Assembly (NCBI GenBank): GCA_009859145.1
Contig: VRVR01000019.1
Span: 31,073 to 95,072 of the forward strand
Source of the DNA: Andalucia godoyi And28
Lineage: Eukaryota > Protista > Jakobida
DNA: 64,000 nucleotides
Direction of reading: 5' to 3'
The position numbers and the translations under genes were made by a program. Positions 41,301 to 50,029 of this stretch are shown piece by piece. Each line of letters begins with the position of its first letter. Position 1 is the stretch's first letter. The notes beneath the pieces were generated by a model. It made no database searches. It was not told the DNA's origin and saw only the letters and a list, made by a program, of their open reading frames with translations.

Positions 41301-43789
41301 GCGGAAGACTGATCTGGCAAGCGAAAACTGAGCATCGTGGAATTCAGCCAGTCAAAAGGAACAACATCATTTCCGACTTTGAGCACAGAAGAGGGCGTCT
41401 TGAACATTCTGAAACCCCTCAAGAAAATCAGAGGGCGATTCTGAAGGGCATGTCCGGCAGCTTGGGGTGCATAAGGCGGTTCCAGCGATACCAGCTGCGG
41501 GAGCTCCGAGAAAATGAGAACAAGCTCGTTCACCGAATAAAGCATGGTGTTACGAACAACCGTCAGGCGCCGTGTGTCGTCATGAGCAATGACGGGGACT
41601 TCGCAATTCAAAAGAGCTGCACTTATGGTTGTGCACATCGAAGAACTGATGCCGGTGGATCCTGTCATATACACTTCAAAGGTACTGTCATAAAACTCGG
41701 ATCCCGTAATATTGACGAACACGCCGGCAAACCCCTTCGTCACGATCTCCGGAAACACGGATTCGAAAACGATCGTATCTTCGAGGACATACTGGATGGA
41801 GTTGCTGAAGAAGCGACCTCCGTCGTTAGAAACCCTTACCGACCACGTCCCAGTGCTCAGCGGTGGAAACTGACACGTTACCGTATTGGCAGCAAGAGAA
41901 ATCGACACCGGTGAACTAATCAAATGACCGATCGAACACATTATACCGTACGGCGTCAAACGAAACGGATAGCTAGCATCGGCTTGAAGTTCCACAGTAA
42001 AATTTCCTTTAGAGCGTCCAGCCAGGGGGGAAATCGAAGTTAGCACGGGAGCGTGGATGTATGTAAACGATGGGTATAGTCTCTGGAACTGCAGCTGTTC
42101 TTCCTCTCCTGCAGAATTCAAAGAGAAGTCTTTGGTTGCAACGACTTGCACATCACTCGAAAACCCGTGTGCATGCACGGGAAAATCGGTGCAGCTCACT
42201 TCGTTTGGATTGATGTACGCGGCAGGGAAGATCTCTCCTGTAGAAGACAATCGGCATCGGAGGGTTGGGTCGTCAGAAGACGTCAGGTTATCGAATCGCT
42301 TCCCAAGAAACACAACAGAAGCTCCGGGTGGACCATAAAACGGCGACTGCGTCTGAGCCTGACTGACGAAAAACAAGACAGCTGGTTTGTACTCGAGCGA
42401 GGCGTCTTTCTGAGCCAGATAGAATGCTGCGATAAAGTCGTCGGGCTGGTAGGATGGCAAGTATGTCATCTCATCCAGCACGCCTGCGAACCGCGTGTCA
42501 ACAGTTTCGTGAGAAGCCAAGTTCAAGGGTGGAAATGTTGTTCGACAATTCGAAGCACCGGTCTGTGTGCCTCCGGTCCTTCCTGCCCCAAGGGAAACTG
42601 TGAGTTGTTCGTTGGCTTCGGATTCAGAGTCTACAGAATCTGCAACCGTTGTGCTGAGCGTCTCTCCGCCGAGGGACGAGCCGCCGTTCACATCCATCAC
42701 AGTCAGGCCGGTGCTGAAATCCCTGCGAACCGACACAAAGTGCCAGCTGCTGTTTGTGTAAGATCTGGCGCTAGTGAGCGTGTAATTACTGCAGGTGTAG
42801 TGCATGTGTTTGTTGGGAAAATACGAAGAAAATGTTCCTCGATCCTTGAAATAGCATATCTCTTCGTCATAGGTCCTGCAAGTTTCCGACACAAATGCAG
42901 TGTTTTTGTGGTAGAAACGCTTGCGGCAGTCAAATCTTCGAAACCTGTAGCATTCTCTGCAGTCATAGAACTTGCGGAAGACGATGTTTCCAGCATCGTT
43001 CAGCGAGAGATCCATGTTGCGAACCGTCCGACAACTCAAAGCGTCTGCAGGATCGGGTCGAAAGTCCTTTGAATAGAGGATTTGTTCGCTGGACCCGCCC
43101 GCAGTCGTTCTGAACCAAAGCATGAAAGTGAAGGACCCAACCATCAGGTGTGCGCCGGATCCAGCTACAGCGTCGTCTGTCAAGCGGACCTCTGCAGACG
43201 TAGTCGAATAGCCGTGTCCGATCATTGCCTTCACGCTGGTCGAGGTCTGGTGCAACTCGTGCAATCCAGACGGCACAGAGTTCTTCACGACCCCGCCGGA
43301 ATTCTGCAAGTTATCGAAATGGTGGGCGTACACAAATCCCGAATACAGACCCGCAAGATCCTGGCTGACCGCTTCTGCTGCTATGTTCTTGTAGTAGATC
43401 CACACGACATCAAAGTCTGTGCTCGCCAGACTGCTTATTCGAAAGAACACGTAGACTTCTTCCTGGTCGCTTTGCGGTGCCGTGTCTCGATAGATTTCAT
43501 GTGGAAGCACCACTCCGGAAGCCACGCTGCGGTGGTCGATCACTCGCAGCACCGATCGATCACTCGAGATGTCGTCCAGCTGGATTCTCCAGTTCGGCAG
43601 TCTCGCAAACCCCGTCAGAAACGGGCCTGTATTACGCCCGGAATTCACATGAAACCGCAGACGGATCCTCCGATCCCAGTTGGAGTCCCACCATGCTGGA
43701 TTCCCCTGGTTTGTGTACGCGCAGTACGCCGCAGAACACAGCAAAATATGCAAATATGCAAAAAGCACAAATCGACTCCATCTGTACAT
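32375..43789 (-). CDS. Giant secreted protein: signal peptide, DUF2341-like, LamG/ConA-like, then many IPT/TIG-like repeats; 3804 aa
   Basis: ATG 43789 gives the signal peptide MYRWSRFVLFAYLHILLCSAAYC. WWDSNWDRR...VWIYY is DUF2341-like and FTFMLWFRT...WHFVSV...FAGVLDEM is LamG-like. About 20 or more repeats of the type SISP..G...G...V.I.G..F follow. No C-terminal TM segment seen. Confidence 0.8.
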   Translation of the reverse strand: MYRWSRFVLFAYLHILLCSAAYCAYTNQGNPAWWDSNWDRRIRLRFHVNSGRNTGPFLTGFARLPNWRIQLDDISSDRSVLRVIDHRSVASGVVLPHEIYRDTAPQSDQEEVYVFFRISSLASTDFDVVWIYYKNIAAEAVSQDLAGLYSGFVYAHHFDNLQNSGGVVKNSVPSGLHELHQTSTSVKAMIGHGYSTTSAEVRLTDDAVAGSGAHLMVGSFTFMLWFRTTAGGSSEQILYSKDFRPDPADALSCRTVRNMDLSLNDAGNIVFRKFYDCRECYRFRRFDCRKRFYHKNTAFVSETCRTYDEEICYFKDRGTFSSYFPNKHMHYTCSNYTLTSARSYTNSSWHFVSVRRDFSTGLTVMDVNGGSSLGGETLSTTVADSVDSESEANEQLTVSLGAGRTGGTQTGASNCRTTFPPLNLASHETVDTRFAGVLDEMTYLPSYQPDDFIAAFYLAQKDASLEYKPAVLFFVSQAQTQSPFYGPPGASVVFLGKRFDNLTSSDDPTLRCRLSSTGEIFPAAYINPNEVSCTDFPVHAHGFSSDVQVVATKDFSLNSAGEEEQLQFQRLYPSFTYIHAPVLTSISPLAGRSKGNFTVELQADASYPFRLTPYGIMCSIGHLISSPVSISLAANTVTCQFPPLSTGTWSVRVSNDGGRFFSNSIQYVLEDTIVFESVFPEIVTKGFAGVFVNITGSEFYDSTFEVYMTGSTGISSSMCTTISAALLNCEVPVIAHDDTRRLTVVRNTMLYSVNELVLIFSELPQLVSLEPPYAPQAAGHALQNRPLIFLRGFRMFKTPSSVLKVGNDVVPFDWLNSTMLSFRLPDQSSALGSKINISFSFDGQIFSSPIGLTLLSSRMQVASVSPAKGLAMSRVLVNVTGNRDLMIYSTSMYVLIDSMRLPMEALSPNSLFAWIPESGRRRAGFLEIELIDSFIFSTDSICFELRDAPRLSDVLPSLTKSSGGSAITILGSSLLLDPVLMQGRVSCAVDSSNMAAEFVSSALWLSDAPSVLCSAATVAITTTQTNWTSSESSVLSFVNVGQFSNTTVHDFRISDFLHQKLELEKLSANVLVSHTYLSIGKTWISGAVQQMAESIFSFPLAAVSTPYDLRRGFSFEDVVFYGTISVESAVNMTVAPLFFPFRSPSPLSFAMTGVALSDVWVYHSNERLGFVNSAFGLTTVLAGELPLGFRTFSFSYFEGDQQTIVPSVMFFPSPEVTAVQGWIAPAVISRLVLQGNNLVSSSSVLSSSNCVGLASTFTSVPYVVSTSLVLCSVLSENTAPTIPLRWSHSGASSVTFNINTFTNSHETVVFIDSSKVWFDTSRSGDLQAALRVYRSPELPITVSTCSLWYSGCIPTPSPTPSFYTALLNSSVLVSEGLIVFSPSPPSVFYETQKPFPFPLCTYFAKDRVVSSAIMLPAELSKLACTVPSTRNGYLAVVLDFGREELLYAGFIEVKAQAVVYDALPPVHYDVDSWDYSDVVLRGRDLIFTSPLCSFGSYATSVNLRSLSSVIFLCSLPSRTMVLKTNEHLLVYSSAITGQLAGIAVADIAIESPVRLSLAVPLAVASFLNVTVTEVPANLSSKSIVHADTPIRLSSSSSTILSSRFWYGHPSREIGIYSKGSKWPSYWVQVYLLQKTLGFTVMGVSDNEGNVLGSVGVEQSTTPVVEAVHPTHVVSNVASSIVVEGFDLRGDTRSSPVAKCVFGANEWSSSGVSLVSSRLVRCSVLVDSRRWRGGKKGDQQRSYVSVNTGFYGGVSQAGAGAGAELVATSIRLDGSTNVQPSFVSGSGGEKVRVYIEDPYADLAGGMMTTPMYCKFGKTLMVASVVQHKTGSRLISCIAGRNAAVDAAVSVVFGGGQSAVGFSVRAANTQLTLSFVHVNVTSGAVPVTTLSGRQHSLDVTLMCPSGGIGVCASNVFRNAGPSEQADGVVCSMDGAESAVFSGVFGGSLAARAVCSASTFVAGFRAMSVMYGARRELLQVVSVESMGPVSITSVWPPFVSRYGQGLLRVVGREFIATGGSDLLCEDSLAGGVSESTFLAVSSVVGLCARSADSGRRGSFLAAGRVLVYRSGFADNAAMGEFDVMGEQLVFTGTDPSLLAVGQGAEMQFVASRDLVDDDRGVNGVTRHDLRNQLMCAFSGRTFVAAALAVENPKILSCAVPRVAVLESSGIESVVVAAGLRDFGVQGTWTSAGLAILVVDSFNATLVEPARAFENRESMVLDFVLPFSWSGDVDSQGLRFLCAMMNEQPSLGEFRAPSTLTCTFPRSAHGFTAVGVGFADAFTGSATALSFSSIQRLVAGDERIERVVRSEVIALSPGGGVLLLVGVNMQQGLECVGNGVFRSTAAMFSSRVAGCDVTVLQKPADADTPADPWRSIVRVGFSQQEGGRSANEIEEVAVMSSLSGVTASRDVVLGPGGSEIVVQWDEGVSSMNYRAPWYCLFGGKTAVRMQRKNGRFVCSTPMVDAANNAAVSMGVCTGPYDCVQAYGGASGGQYPGRDVVDIKVVEAWNVTDVYPRQGSASCAFHVVATSGLRRPDGFYFEIRVGLANGAVASSWSDAAADSLETDMAVTWNMRQTGFVPVEAAMARFDWQTSDGNVVEVVAAPTVRFLHPSVVGMESSHAITIVGDGFLSNAALVRLGAGVPATTIGLRVSSAVVLWTLESSTVGRVAMDFGASKVRELQDTDEDRNPWWTQRVRLEVSNDGGCSFGSSGRQLMVTKGVRVASFEPRGGVVTGGTSLVVGLPNVLEQASYGCVVGKVVVAAGRPDGKQSHFGLDGAGVLECGMPRQPSGEAGLVAVRVQMNVRISPAAVSSLNEYNDAVMPFTFVGAHNLTGSSIARATAPWVSGSSSVVLHPDARDSLLVVGSEFVAGSWVYVWFGDRILSDQVLPGPEGSQLGFWAITGRSGFVPIGLTIGRDNPGEAESTSVLVRERPVLLGVFPKSIAVEGGQLVTISGREMVDYSVAGGVSGSSTAIGASLRQVRLSVFGSLQTAGASDVYVLCSSLWLVVTPPLSSPASMESQLGSVDDILAGDGSVGRNGQPGGSGLGGRCALDVSVNGFDFSGGWSQSAVLDVYAAEGSAVNLDTADLHVPYFGTSGGVRARRVPATMQSVRMRLRFGKTVSARLSDADGEEEFGVPSMQENQDYDISWSVDSGRYFAAVQGSPQGVVRSYVPLANMSSYAVVDPLYSAAEMEYFSVSFSADVLARGIPTGDVFCTFGGGSMMQASMIRLPSSVGCKADGVAHGFAVVQFHQETFSAVDMLPMDAAVEVVGASRVWSVIPEMVVTGSAFTVTVQGSQFRPHDSCGFESVDASHGWDGWDGQGGSQFSSSVLFVSSALVQCTAVVSRRDFLLDDEVSLWVTHRKDAHVRPEIKRVRVESECDGRDIYGTNGGSVLDGGSMEYVDVLEKRGMYGFGVAVSPSYRAGKCFPVSRRSVMSPFRMAFSGLCCVSETVLSDASFNPVGVSLSFASRASLLSQSAMGFVFNVSFVSSFSPLLVRASPVPLVVPFSFILSPPSFSESSSLGWSHPMYCVSSLVSEAFDSRFVKMDRWDCDYSALSTVSSGFVPVGLSLWRHNQHLDVQLQIELRSAPQVLGLTSTVFPTADFSVHFLVPVSGVHFSSFAAPASGDSFCQIGSSAAGSPPQTTDVLVVSDALLLCLFRFTGPALGPLVVQSALSPSVSTAASAAPALIQVVDFASVLSLSANGILAAGGSSVLMRIDQQVNSTSAILSEGVFVSIGPKVIVSAGTIRTFDARSRLVSAPVMSPTQHAAVALRICFGPTLERCWTDASTMPEVPIIPMRNVSNSLRVIR

Positions 43790-44284
43790 TACTGGTATTC
43801 TGCCCAAATCGTGCGGCCCACTCTCTCGATCACTCGCTTAAACTTATGAATCACTCGGCTCCACTATTAATGCTAATAACAGCAACAATCCTTATTAGCT
43901 TTTAAAAATAATAATAATATCAAAAAACAGTAATAACATAAATTGAAGACGAGTCCTTTGGTTTTTGGAAGGATATTGAAAAACGGGGGGGGGGGGAAAT
44001 CTCACGAATTCCGCCTGTCGTATGCGATGCCCATGGAGGCTGAAAACAGGGGCATTGACATGGCTTGAAAGGTCCAGCCTCAAGCACTACTTTTTTTCAG
44101 AATCTACTGTAAGTCAGGGGGGGTGGGGCGGTGAACTACGGTGCGTTTAAAGGTCGAAGCAGCATTTAGTGTTTCTTATTTTCATTATTTCCACAAGGTT
44201 TTTTTCTGTATGTTGTTGTGGTGTAGAAGATAGTAGGAATAGAAAAAGAAGAAGAAACAGCAGTGGTAGTGATTTTGGAGGGAG

Positions 44285-45013
44285 ATGGCATCCTTTGTTA
44301 AGCAGGCGATTGGCGAGGGCTGCTTTGTGTCTCTTTTTGAAAAGTTTGATGTTGCGAATGCGTCGTGTTTGAAGATTCTTCTGTCCAAGATGATTGGCTA
44401 CGGGATCGTTGCAGGATCGGTGATGTTCAAGGTTCCGCAGATCCTGAAGATCCATGGGGCGCGGTCCGTGGAGGGGCTGTCGCTGCTATCGTTCTTCCTG
44501 GAACTGCTGGCGTTCACCATCACCGGTCTGTACAGCTTCTCCAAAGGGTTTGCGGTGTCTACATACGGTGAGTCCGTGTCTGCGTCCGCGCAGAACGTGG
44601 TGATTCTGCTGTTGTTTTTCCGATATGGGCGCGGCTCGGCTCCAGTGGCGGTTGCTGGCTTGCTTGCAGCGTACTTTGGTCTTGTCGCATCCACCCTTGC
44701 AGGGCTCGTTCCGCTGCACGTCCTCGAGAAACTGTTTCAGCTCACGATTCCGCTCGTTATTGTCGGGCGCGTTCCGCAGATCTGGACGTCGTTTGCGCGC
44801 AGGTCAACGGGCCAGCTGTCCATCATCACTACCGCACTACAGTTCGGCGGCTCGCTCGGTCGCATCTTCACAACCATCCAGGAGGTCAACGACCCCCTCG
44901 TGCTTACGGGATATCTCGTCGGACTCACTCTCAATGCAATCATGCTGCTGCAGTTTGTGCTCTTCTGGAAGAACACCTCGACTGAGGCCAAAAAGAAGGC
45001 AAAGGCCGCATAA
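44285..45013 (+). CDS. MPDU1: Mannose-P-dolichol utilization defect 1 (PQ-loop) protein, 242 aa
   Basis: SKMIGYGIVAGSVMFKVPQILKI and RVPQIW PQ-loops, STGQLS, GSLGRIFTTIQEVND. Confidence 0.92.
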   Translation: MASFVKQAIGEGCFVSLFEKFDVANASCLKILLSKMIGYGIVAGSVMFKVPQILKIHGARSVEGLSLLSFFLELLAFTITGLYSFSKGFAVSTYGESVSASAQNVVILLLFFRYGRGSAPVAVAGLLAAYFGLVASTLAGLVPLHVLEKLFQLTIPLVIVGRVPQIWTSFARRSTGQLSIITTALQFGGSLGRIFTTIQEVNDPLVLTGYLVGLTLNAIMLLQFVLFWKNTSTEAKKKAKAA

Positions 45014-45194
45014 AAACATGTTGCTGTGTTATTGGTGTGTATGTGTAAGTTCTGAGATTTGAATACAGAATCTCCCTACCTTTGCGACCAGGAAAACAGA
45101 AGAAGAAGAAGGGGGGAAAGAAGCAAGTGCAGTCGAAATAAAAAAAATAATCAAGAAAAGAACAAGCAAGGGATGCGGAACGCCGTGGATGAGA

Positions 45195-48100
45195 TCAGTA
45201 GGGCTGGTTGCTGAACGACGAGTACTGGTTGAAGCCGCTGGAAGGATACGAGTAGTCGGTGAAACTGGGATCCATGGGCATAGAGGACATTCCCATCGAT
45301 GTCGAGTAGGACGGCGAAATCATGGACGGGCCCATTCCTGAACCGAACGAGGGATCATACATCGGATCCATCGCCATCGGAGAAGAAAGCGACATGCCGG
45401 AAGGAGCAGGCATCGGCATTGGCATCGGCGTCTGTCGCACAGTAAGCTCTGCACGACGCTGCCGAATTGCGTGCTCGAGGTCTTCCAATTCTTTGCGCTT
45501 CTTCTGCACTCGTTCTTCGAACTTGTACTCGCTGATTCGGTTGTTCATCTCTGCCTTTTCCAACGTTTCCTTCTCCTTGACCTTCTCAGCGATCTTCTGC
45601 TGCAGCATGCTGAACTCGCGCCGCTTGTTGTTGAAGGCCTCTTCGAGCTGCTGCATTTCTGCCTGGCGCTTTTTTGCGAGCTCTTGGAACTGTCGATCGC
45701 GATCTGCAAACATCTTTTCTCGTTCTTCCAGCTTCCCGAGCAACTGCACAATGCCCTGCTCCTTCTGCTGCAGCTGCTGGAAGTCCCGCTGCTTTCGCTG
45801 GATGACTTCGTCGGTCGCCATAATCTCGCGTCGCTTCTGCTGGACCATCTGATCCACGTTCCGATGCGCCTTCTCAAGTTCCTGCTTTTGACGCAGCAGC
45901 TCCTCCTTATTCTTATTCAAAGAAGCTGCCATCTGCGCTTGCTGCTGCGCCTGGCTGTCGAGCTTCTGCTTCGCGTCCAGAAGAATCTTCTCTTTTTCGG
46001 CAATGTCTCCATATGTCTGCTGCAGAATCTGGTATCCCTTTTGCATCTCCTCCTTTGCTTGCTTATCACGAGCCTGTTGCGACTCCAACACGCTTAGAAG
46101 ATGCTCCTGCATTGTCTGATTCTCGGCTTCCTTTGTCTTTAGTTCCTGTTCTTTGCTGGCAAGCTCGGCCTCCTTCTCTTCAGCTTCTGCTTCTCGGACG
46201 GCAATCGCCTCTTGCTGCTCAACCATCTTTGAAATCTGGGCACTGATCTGCTGCAGCTCTTTTCCTTTCTCGTGGAACTCCTCCTGCTGCTGCTTCAGCG
46301 TACGCTCAAACATACGGCCGCGGTCTTCCAGTTCTCGTTCTCGCTCATTGAGACGCTCTTGCAAGTTCTTGATTAGGGTCTTGGATGTCTCAATGGACTG
46401 CAGCTCCTCTTGTTTGTTGGCAAGTGATGAACGTGCATCTTCTAGCTGCTGCTGGACCTGATACAGCTGCTCCTCAAGTTCTCTGCGTCGGCTTCGCATC
46501 TCCATTTCCTTTTCCGTCACGAGCTGCTCCCGTTTCTCAATCTCAGCGAGACGGCTTTCGAGCTGCTCGCTGTGAATGGACGGGACTGACAGAGGAGCGC
46601 TGCTGTTGTTCTGCACAGACGCTGCTGTCGAACTGCTGTTATGCGATGGAGAGGTCGACTCGGAGAGGACTCCGTGACGTGGTGGTACGCGCGATGCTCG
46701 GGAGCTCCCGATGCTGCCAGGGGCTCGATTCTTCAATACGAGCTCCATTTCCTGCAGAATAGACAAGATTTTGTCGTCTGTATCTTCAAGCACTTTCGAA
46801 ATTTCAGGCGCAAGAGTGGAGTACTGCTCTCCAGAAAGTCCCAGATAAGGGACCCTCTTGACTTCCGTGATCTCCGCCAGATACGAGCGAATATCTTCAA
46901 GCACGCTCTGCAGACTTTGCGTATCGCGAAGGACAGCATGGTTCGATTTCCGTTCCTCTTCCAACTTCTTGGTCAAGGTCAGAATTTCACCATCGCGCTC
47001 CTTCATATCCTTCTCCAGTTGTGTGACACGAGACTGCAAAATGTCCATCTGTCGGATCTTTGCGGAAAGCTCTCGCTCCTTGTCTTGAAGATCTTTGGAC
47101 GAATCAACTTTTGACTCCTTCACTTTGATTTCCAGCTGCATTTTGTCGCGCTTCAGGTGACTGTTCTCATCGGTCGCTTGTGACAGCTCCTCCTGCAGTT
47201 TCTTCACAGTTGTTTCCAGCAGCTTGTTACGGACAGCAACCTCCTTCAGCTGTCCCTCCTGCATCGGAACAAGCGACATGTGACCCTTGAGCTCGTGCCT
47301 CAAAACGGAGAGCTCGCTCTGCAGACTGTTCTTTTCCGATTCAAGCTCGTGTAACTGTTTCTCGTAATGTTTCGCGGACATGTCCTTCTTTGCCAGCGCC
47401 ATCTTCAGATCTCGCTGCACCTTCTCGGCGCCGTCCAGATTTCCACCAAAGTTTGCGGACATTGGGAGAGGAGATGCTGCCGCGAGAACGGGTGGCCTGG
47501 CGATATCCAGTGAACTTGGACCGAGCAAAGAATCAATCGAAAAACTTGAGATGTTGTGAGAACCGCGCTGCTGCAGCGAGTTCTTGAGAAATTCATAGTC
47601 TTCCGACAGCTTCTTTCCTCGAGATGAACTCTCAAAAACATGCGATTTGAGGTCTTCTACTTGACCGCGCCAGTCCAATGCACTTGGATCACGGCCTGCA
47701 TCTCTTGTGGGAGTTGCACTGAAATTCGGCTGGCGGGGATGGTACAGCGATGCGTCAGACAGGTGGGACGACGACACAGTTGGCCCTCCTCCGTACGAGT
47801 GATTCAGAGGAATTCGAGAGCCCGGAGTCAGAGTTGAATTTGAATTTCCTCTGGTTGCGCCGTGTGCCTTGGAGCGCGGTCCTGCAAGAGAAGAAGGAGC
47901 CGCGGGTTTTTTGGAATGGCGCTGCTTCTCCTCGGAAGAACCGCCATACACTGAACTGTACAACCGCGATTCCACTCGTGAGAGTTTCTTCTTGGGCTTG
48001 GATTCCATGTCCATCGACGAGCTCACCAACCGGTTTTGCTGTGCAAGGCGGGCCTGGAGGATACTTCTACGAGAAGGAGAGGTCGAGCGCGACCGAGTCG

Positions 48101-49439
48101 TTGCCTTGGAGTCCAGGTACGGGTGCGAGCGTTTCGGCTTTGCAGCGTGGGGCTTTGCAATGCCCATGGGTGGCGAATGCCGCGATTTGGCGTATCGAAG
48201 CTCCTGAGAGCCAAATGCAAGCAAGCTTGGATCATCCATGTATGCAGAGGCGCCGCCACCCGAAGCACCAGCAGCTGGTCCTCCCTGTTTTTTCCCCAGG
48301 AACGACGGAGAGATGGATCGTGATCTTTTTGACACTGATCCAGAGGGCCTCGGATCGAAAGTTGCATCGCCGAACCGAAAATCTGCATCCGGGGGTGAGC
48401 CGTCTTGATCGTCGATTGACGATCTACTGATCCACTCGGAATATGGGTTCGAGATGTCTGGGATGGCCGAAACTGCAGGAGATGCGGGAAACCCGAACGT
48501 TGCCGCGCTGTTTGATTGCTGCCGAACATTCCCGTGGGAGGAGGAGTTGTCTGCATACGCGCCGTTTCTGTGCGCTTCCTGCAGCATGGACATCTTTTGC
48601 TGATATGCCTTCTGCAGTGCCTTTTGCTTGTCTGCACTTCGGATAGAAGCCATTCCAACCAAGAATTTAAGATGTTTTGCGATCTCAAGTCCCTTTTTTG
48701 CAATGTATCGACGAAAAGCGTGCTGGATGGTCCGCGAGGATCTCTGTCGAAGGTTCTCGTTTGAAATGCGCTTGAGCCTGTTTCTCTCCTTTTTTGCAAG
48801 ATATGATCTCCAAAAAGACTGGATGCGAACTGCAGATCTCTCTCGAAGGTCTCTGACAAATTCTTGTTTTCGGGAGTCTGCTGCTTTCCTGCCTTGGTGT
48901 CCTCGAAAGAGCCGCTGAATCGCAAGTGTCGATGCCTGCTGGTCTGCGGAAGCCTTTTGTCTTTGGAGCTTTCGGAGTTCCTTTCGCGCGAGTCTTCTTC
49001 GAACTGCGGACTGGATGACGGTAGCTGCTTCGTTCTGCTGGCGATTCGCTTCCCAATCACGCCTCTTTTCCTTCTCTCGTCTCGCAACCCAACCACGAAA
49101 TACGGATTGTAGCCTGAGGACCGCCGCGAGTTCTTGTGCCTTCGATCGCTCGACTGCTGCCTGCGCTGCTACTTTACGTGCCAGGTACCCTCGAACGACT
49201 TTCTGGATGCGAAGTGCTGCTTGTGCCTCGAGTTTCTCACGCTGTAATTTCTTGCCTTTGACGGCTGCTATCTGACCAAGATGACTAAGACCACTGTGTT
49301 ATTCCCCATCAAATTGAATACCATTCATTCATTCATTGATTAAATGCAGTTAGTGAGTCATTTCATGAGGGATGATGGAGCAAAACGCAGAGTTGAGAAG
49401 CGCATACCGAAACTGATTTCCCTTTGCGGCAGAGGCCAT
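45195..49439 (-). CDS. Spliced IQ-motif/coiled-coil protein: join(49408..49439, 45195..49284), 1373 aa
   Basis: The frame of ORF 45195-48662 stays open to ~49284 and encodes six IQ motifs. Exon 1 (MASAAKGNQF-cg, 32 nt) plus a 123-nt GT-AG intron (gtatgc...ggtcttag) keeps the frame, giving 4122 nt. A long Glu/Gln/Lys coiled coil follows. Confidence 0.78.
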
Positions 49440-50029
49440 ACAACGACGTTCCTGCAAAGACCAACAAAAACGAGAGTGGGAAAAAAGGGGGCGATTCCGC
49501 AGTAGCACCAAATACCCAAATACCCAAATACCAAGTCCAAGTCCAAATCGAAGAGCAAAAGCGAACCAGAACCAGAACCAGACGGATTCTTTTCTTTTTC
49601 CGTTTTCCTTTTTCCTTTTGTTTTTAACAGGAAAAAACAAAAAATCAAAAAACAAAAGAACAGAAATAAAGCGACTAAAATACTAATACTAAAACTAACG
49701 AAAGAGAAAGAGAAAGAGAAAGAGAAAAAACACTCTAATCGAGTATAAAGAGCAGCGCAAACGGCTTCCAAACTGTTCAGAGGTTTGAAGAAGACGACTA
49801 TTGGGAAAAGGAAGAGTTTTTGATGAAATTCAAGCCGCTGTAGATTTAAAAAATGTTTCCGTCCTCTTTTTTTCTTTCGTGGAGTTCGACAGCTGTCGAT
49901 CCGTCACTCTCCGATCATAATCAACGTTGGCTGTTTCATTGGGGTATTCAATGAATTGGGTTGTGTGTGTTTCTTGGTTTGGAGAGTTTTCTTGGTTTTT
50001 GTTTTTTGTTTTTGTGGATCTGAGAGAGG

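Noticed and set aside
6985-49360. Scattered TGACTCA/TGACGTCA bZIP-like motifs (e.g. ~6990, ~10921, ~32228, ~49353)
   Set aside because: Short motifs are expected by chance, and some lie between convergent 3' ends or inside an intron.
49500-49740. Short tandem motifs (caaatacc, gaacca, gaaaga)
   Set aside because: Ordinary intergenic simple-sequence repeats.
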